NCBI GenBank assembly: GCA_951406725.2
Contig: OX597829.1
Coordinates: 7,750,001 to 7,814,000, forward strand
Length of the DNA: 64,000 nt
Source: Octopus vulgaris
Taxonomy: Eukaryota
Direction of reading: 5' to 3'
The translations under genes were made by a program, and so were the position numbers. The notes under the pieces are model-generated. The model saw only the letters and a list, made by a program, of their open reading frames with translations, was not told where the DNA came from and did no database searches. Below are positions 62,910-64,000 of the stretch, one piece after another (position 1 is the first letter of the stretch; each line of letters starts with the position of its first letter).

Positions 62910-63712
62910 CACACAGTGTAAAGATAAGCTAGTTGTAAAATTAGTAGTCTATAGTATTAGCAGTACAAGGGGATGGTGCAGAAACAGGACAACAACATAC
63001 GTTGGAGAGACAGCATGTAGCATGGGTGACCAGATAATTTAATACAGACAGGAACTCAGGTAGAAAAGCTCATCAATCCTCTACTAATGTGCTTAATTAG
63101 AACATGGAGGCTCAATTGACAACATACAGTTTAGGATCTTACTGACACATAGAACAGACATGACACTCAGACAGATTACGGAGGCCACACACATAATAGA
63201 AGATAGACTGAATCTCAACAGAAAACATGAATGGAGTAATAACACTCCACCACACTCGGCAACCTGACAACTAAACACAGAATGAGGAAAAATAAATGAC
63301 ACAGGTACTAACAGTGTAATATATAAACCCTTAAACACACAACCAAGACATGCATACAAGCACTAAAGATGGAAGAAAGAAAGAAATGAAACAATAATAA
63401 ATAAAAACATAAATAGATAAGACACAGGCACAGTGTAATACAAACTCATATACATGCATACAGGACACACATAGTAAATACACACACATACACACACACA
63501 TATATGTACGGATAGAGATACAAACACAGCAGGACAAAAGGGAATAAGCAGGACAAGAGAAGACACATGGGACATAGTGTCACTGATAAGGTCACAGAAT
63601 ATGTGAAGAAAGAATTTTGACAGACATATAAATTAAAAATACTATGAAGTGAAGATCAGGTAAATAGTGCATGTGTATAATTAGCAAAAGAAAAAATAAC
63701 ATGACCATCCCT
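62910..63712 (+). mobile_element. Penelope-like element 3' remnant (GIY-YIG endonuclease plus pLTR)
   Basis: LVVYSIS...C...TYVGETA (GIY-YIG motif), downstream ITEATHII...LNRK; degenerate hammerhead at ~63578-63622. Confidence 0.6.
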
Positions 63713-63780
63713 AAATACAACAACACGTGTGTGTCTGTGTGTGTATGCATGTATATATATATATACACACACATGTACAG

Positions 63781-63825
<45 letters not shown>

Positions 63826-63875
63826 TATGCACAAGCATATATTTATTCATATATACACACACGCACATATATATA

Positions 63876-63910
<35 letters not shown>

Positions 63911-64000
63911 ATACAATATGTTACATTACTCGGTAGTCAAGATAAAACTCTGAGTTTCAGATGCCGAAGTGGAAATCCACAACACCATCTCTTCGGTTAT
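63911..64000 (-). ncRNA. second copy of the hammerhead-bearing repeat (runs off the window)
   Basis: Minus strand: ataa CCGAAGA gatg...gtggatttccac...ggcatc t GAAA ctc-a-gag TT ttat; homologous to 9579-9670. Confidence 0.6.

Overview
AT-rich, microsatellite-laden eukaryotic non-coding DNA, most likely a large intron or intergenic region of a coleoid cephalopod. The Octopus assignment is my recognition of the SINE/LINE/MITE families, not a database result. I found no intact, recognisable host protein-coding gene, rRNA, tRNA gene or CRISPR array; most ORF-track entries are low-complexity or antisense artefacts. The window is a mosaic of decayed mobile elements: RTE LINEs carrying a PHD-like finger, R4/Dong-like and CR1-like LINEs, a Penelope remnant, several tRNA-derived SINE families, piggyBac derivatives and MITEs, mariner MITEs, hAT-like pieces and three Helitrons. 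Most notable: (1) several hammerhead-ribozyme-like motifs in (TA)n-associated repeats; (2) repeated signs of local templated copying, including a 56-bp exact copy pasted into a Helitron helicase at a 4-bp microhomology and inverted duplications next to (TA)n; (3) a head-to-head pair of ~1.08-kb piggyBac derivatives able to form long dsRNA; (4) weakly supported minus-strand host exons, including a CCAAT + RFX X-box promoter candidate and a signal-peptide-like exon with one in-frame TAA. Coordinates of decayed repeats are approximate.
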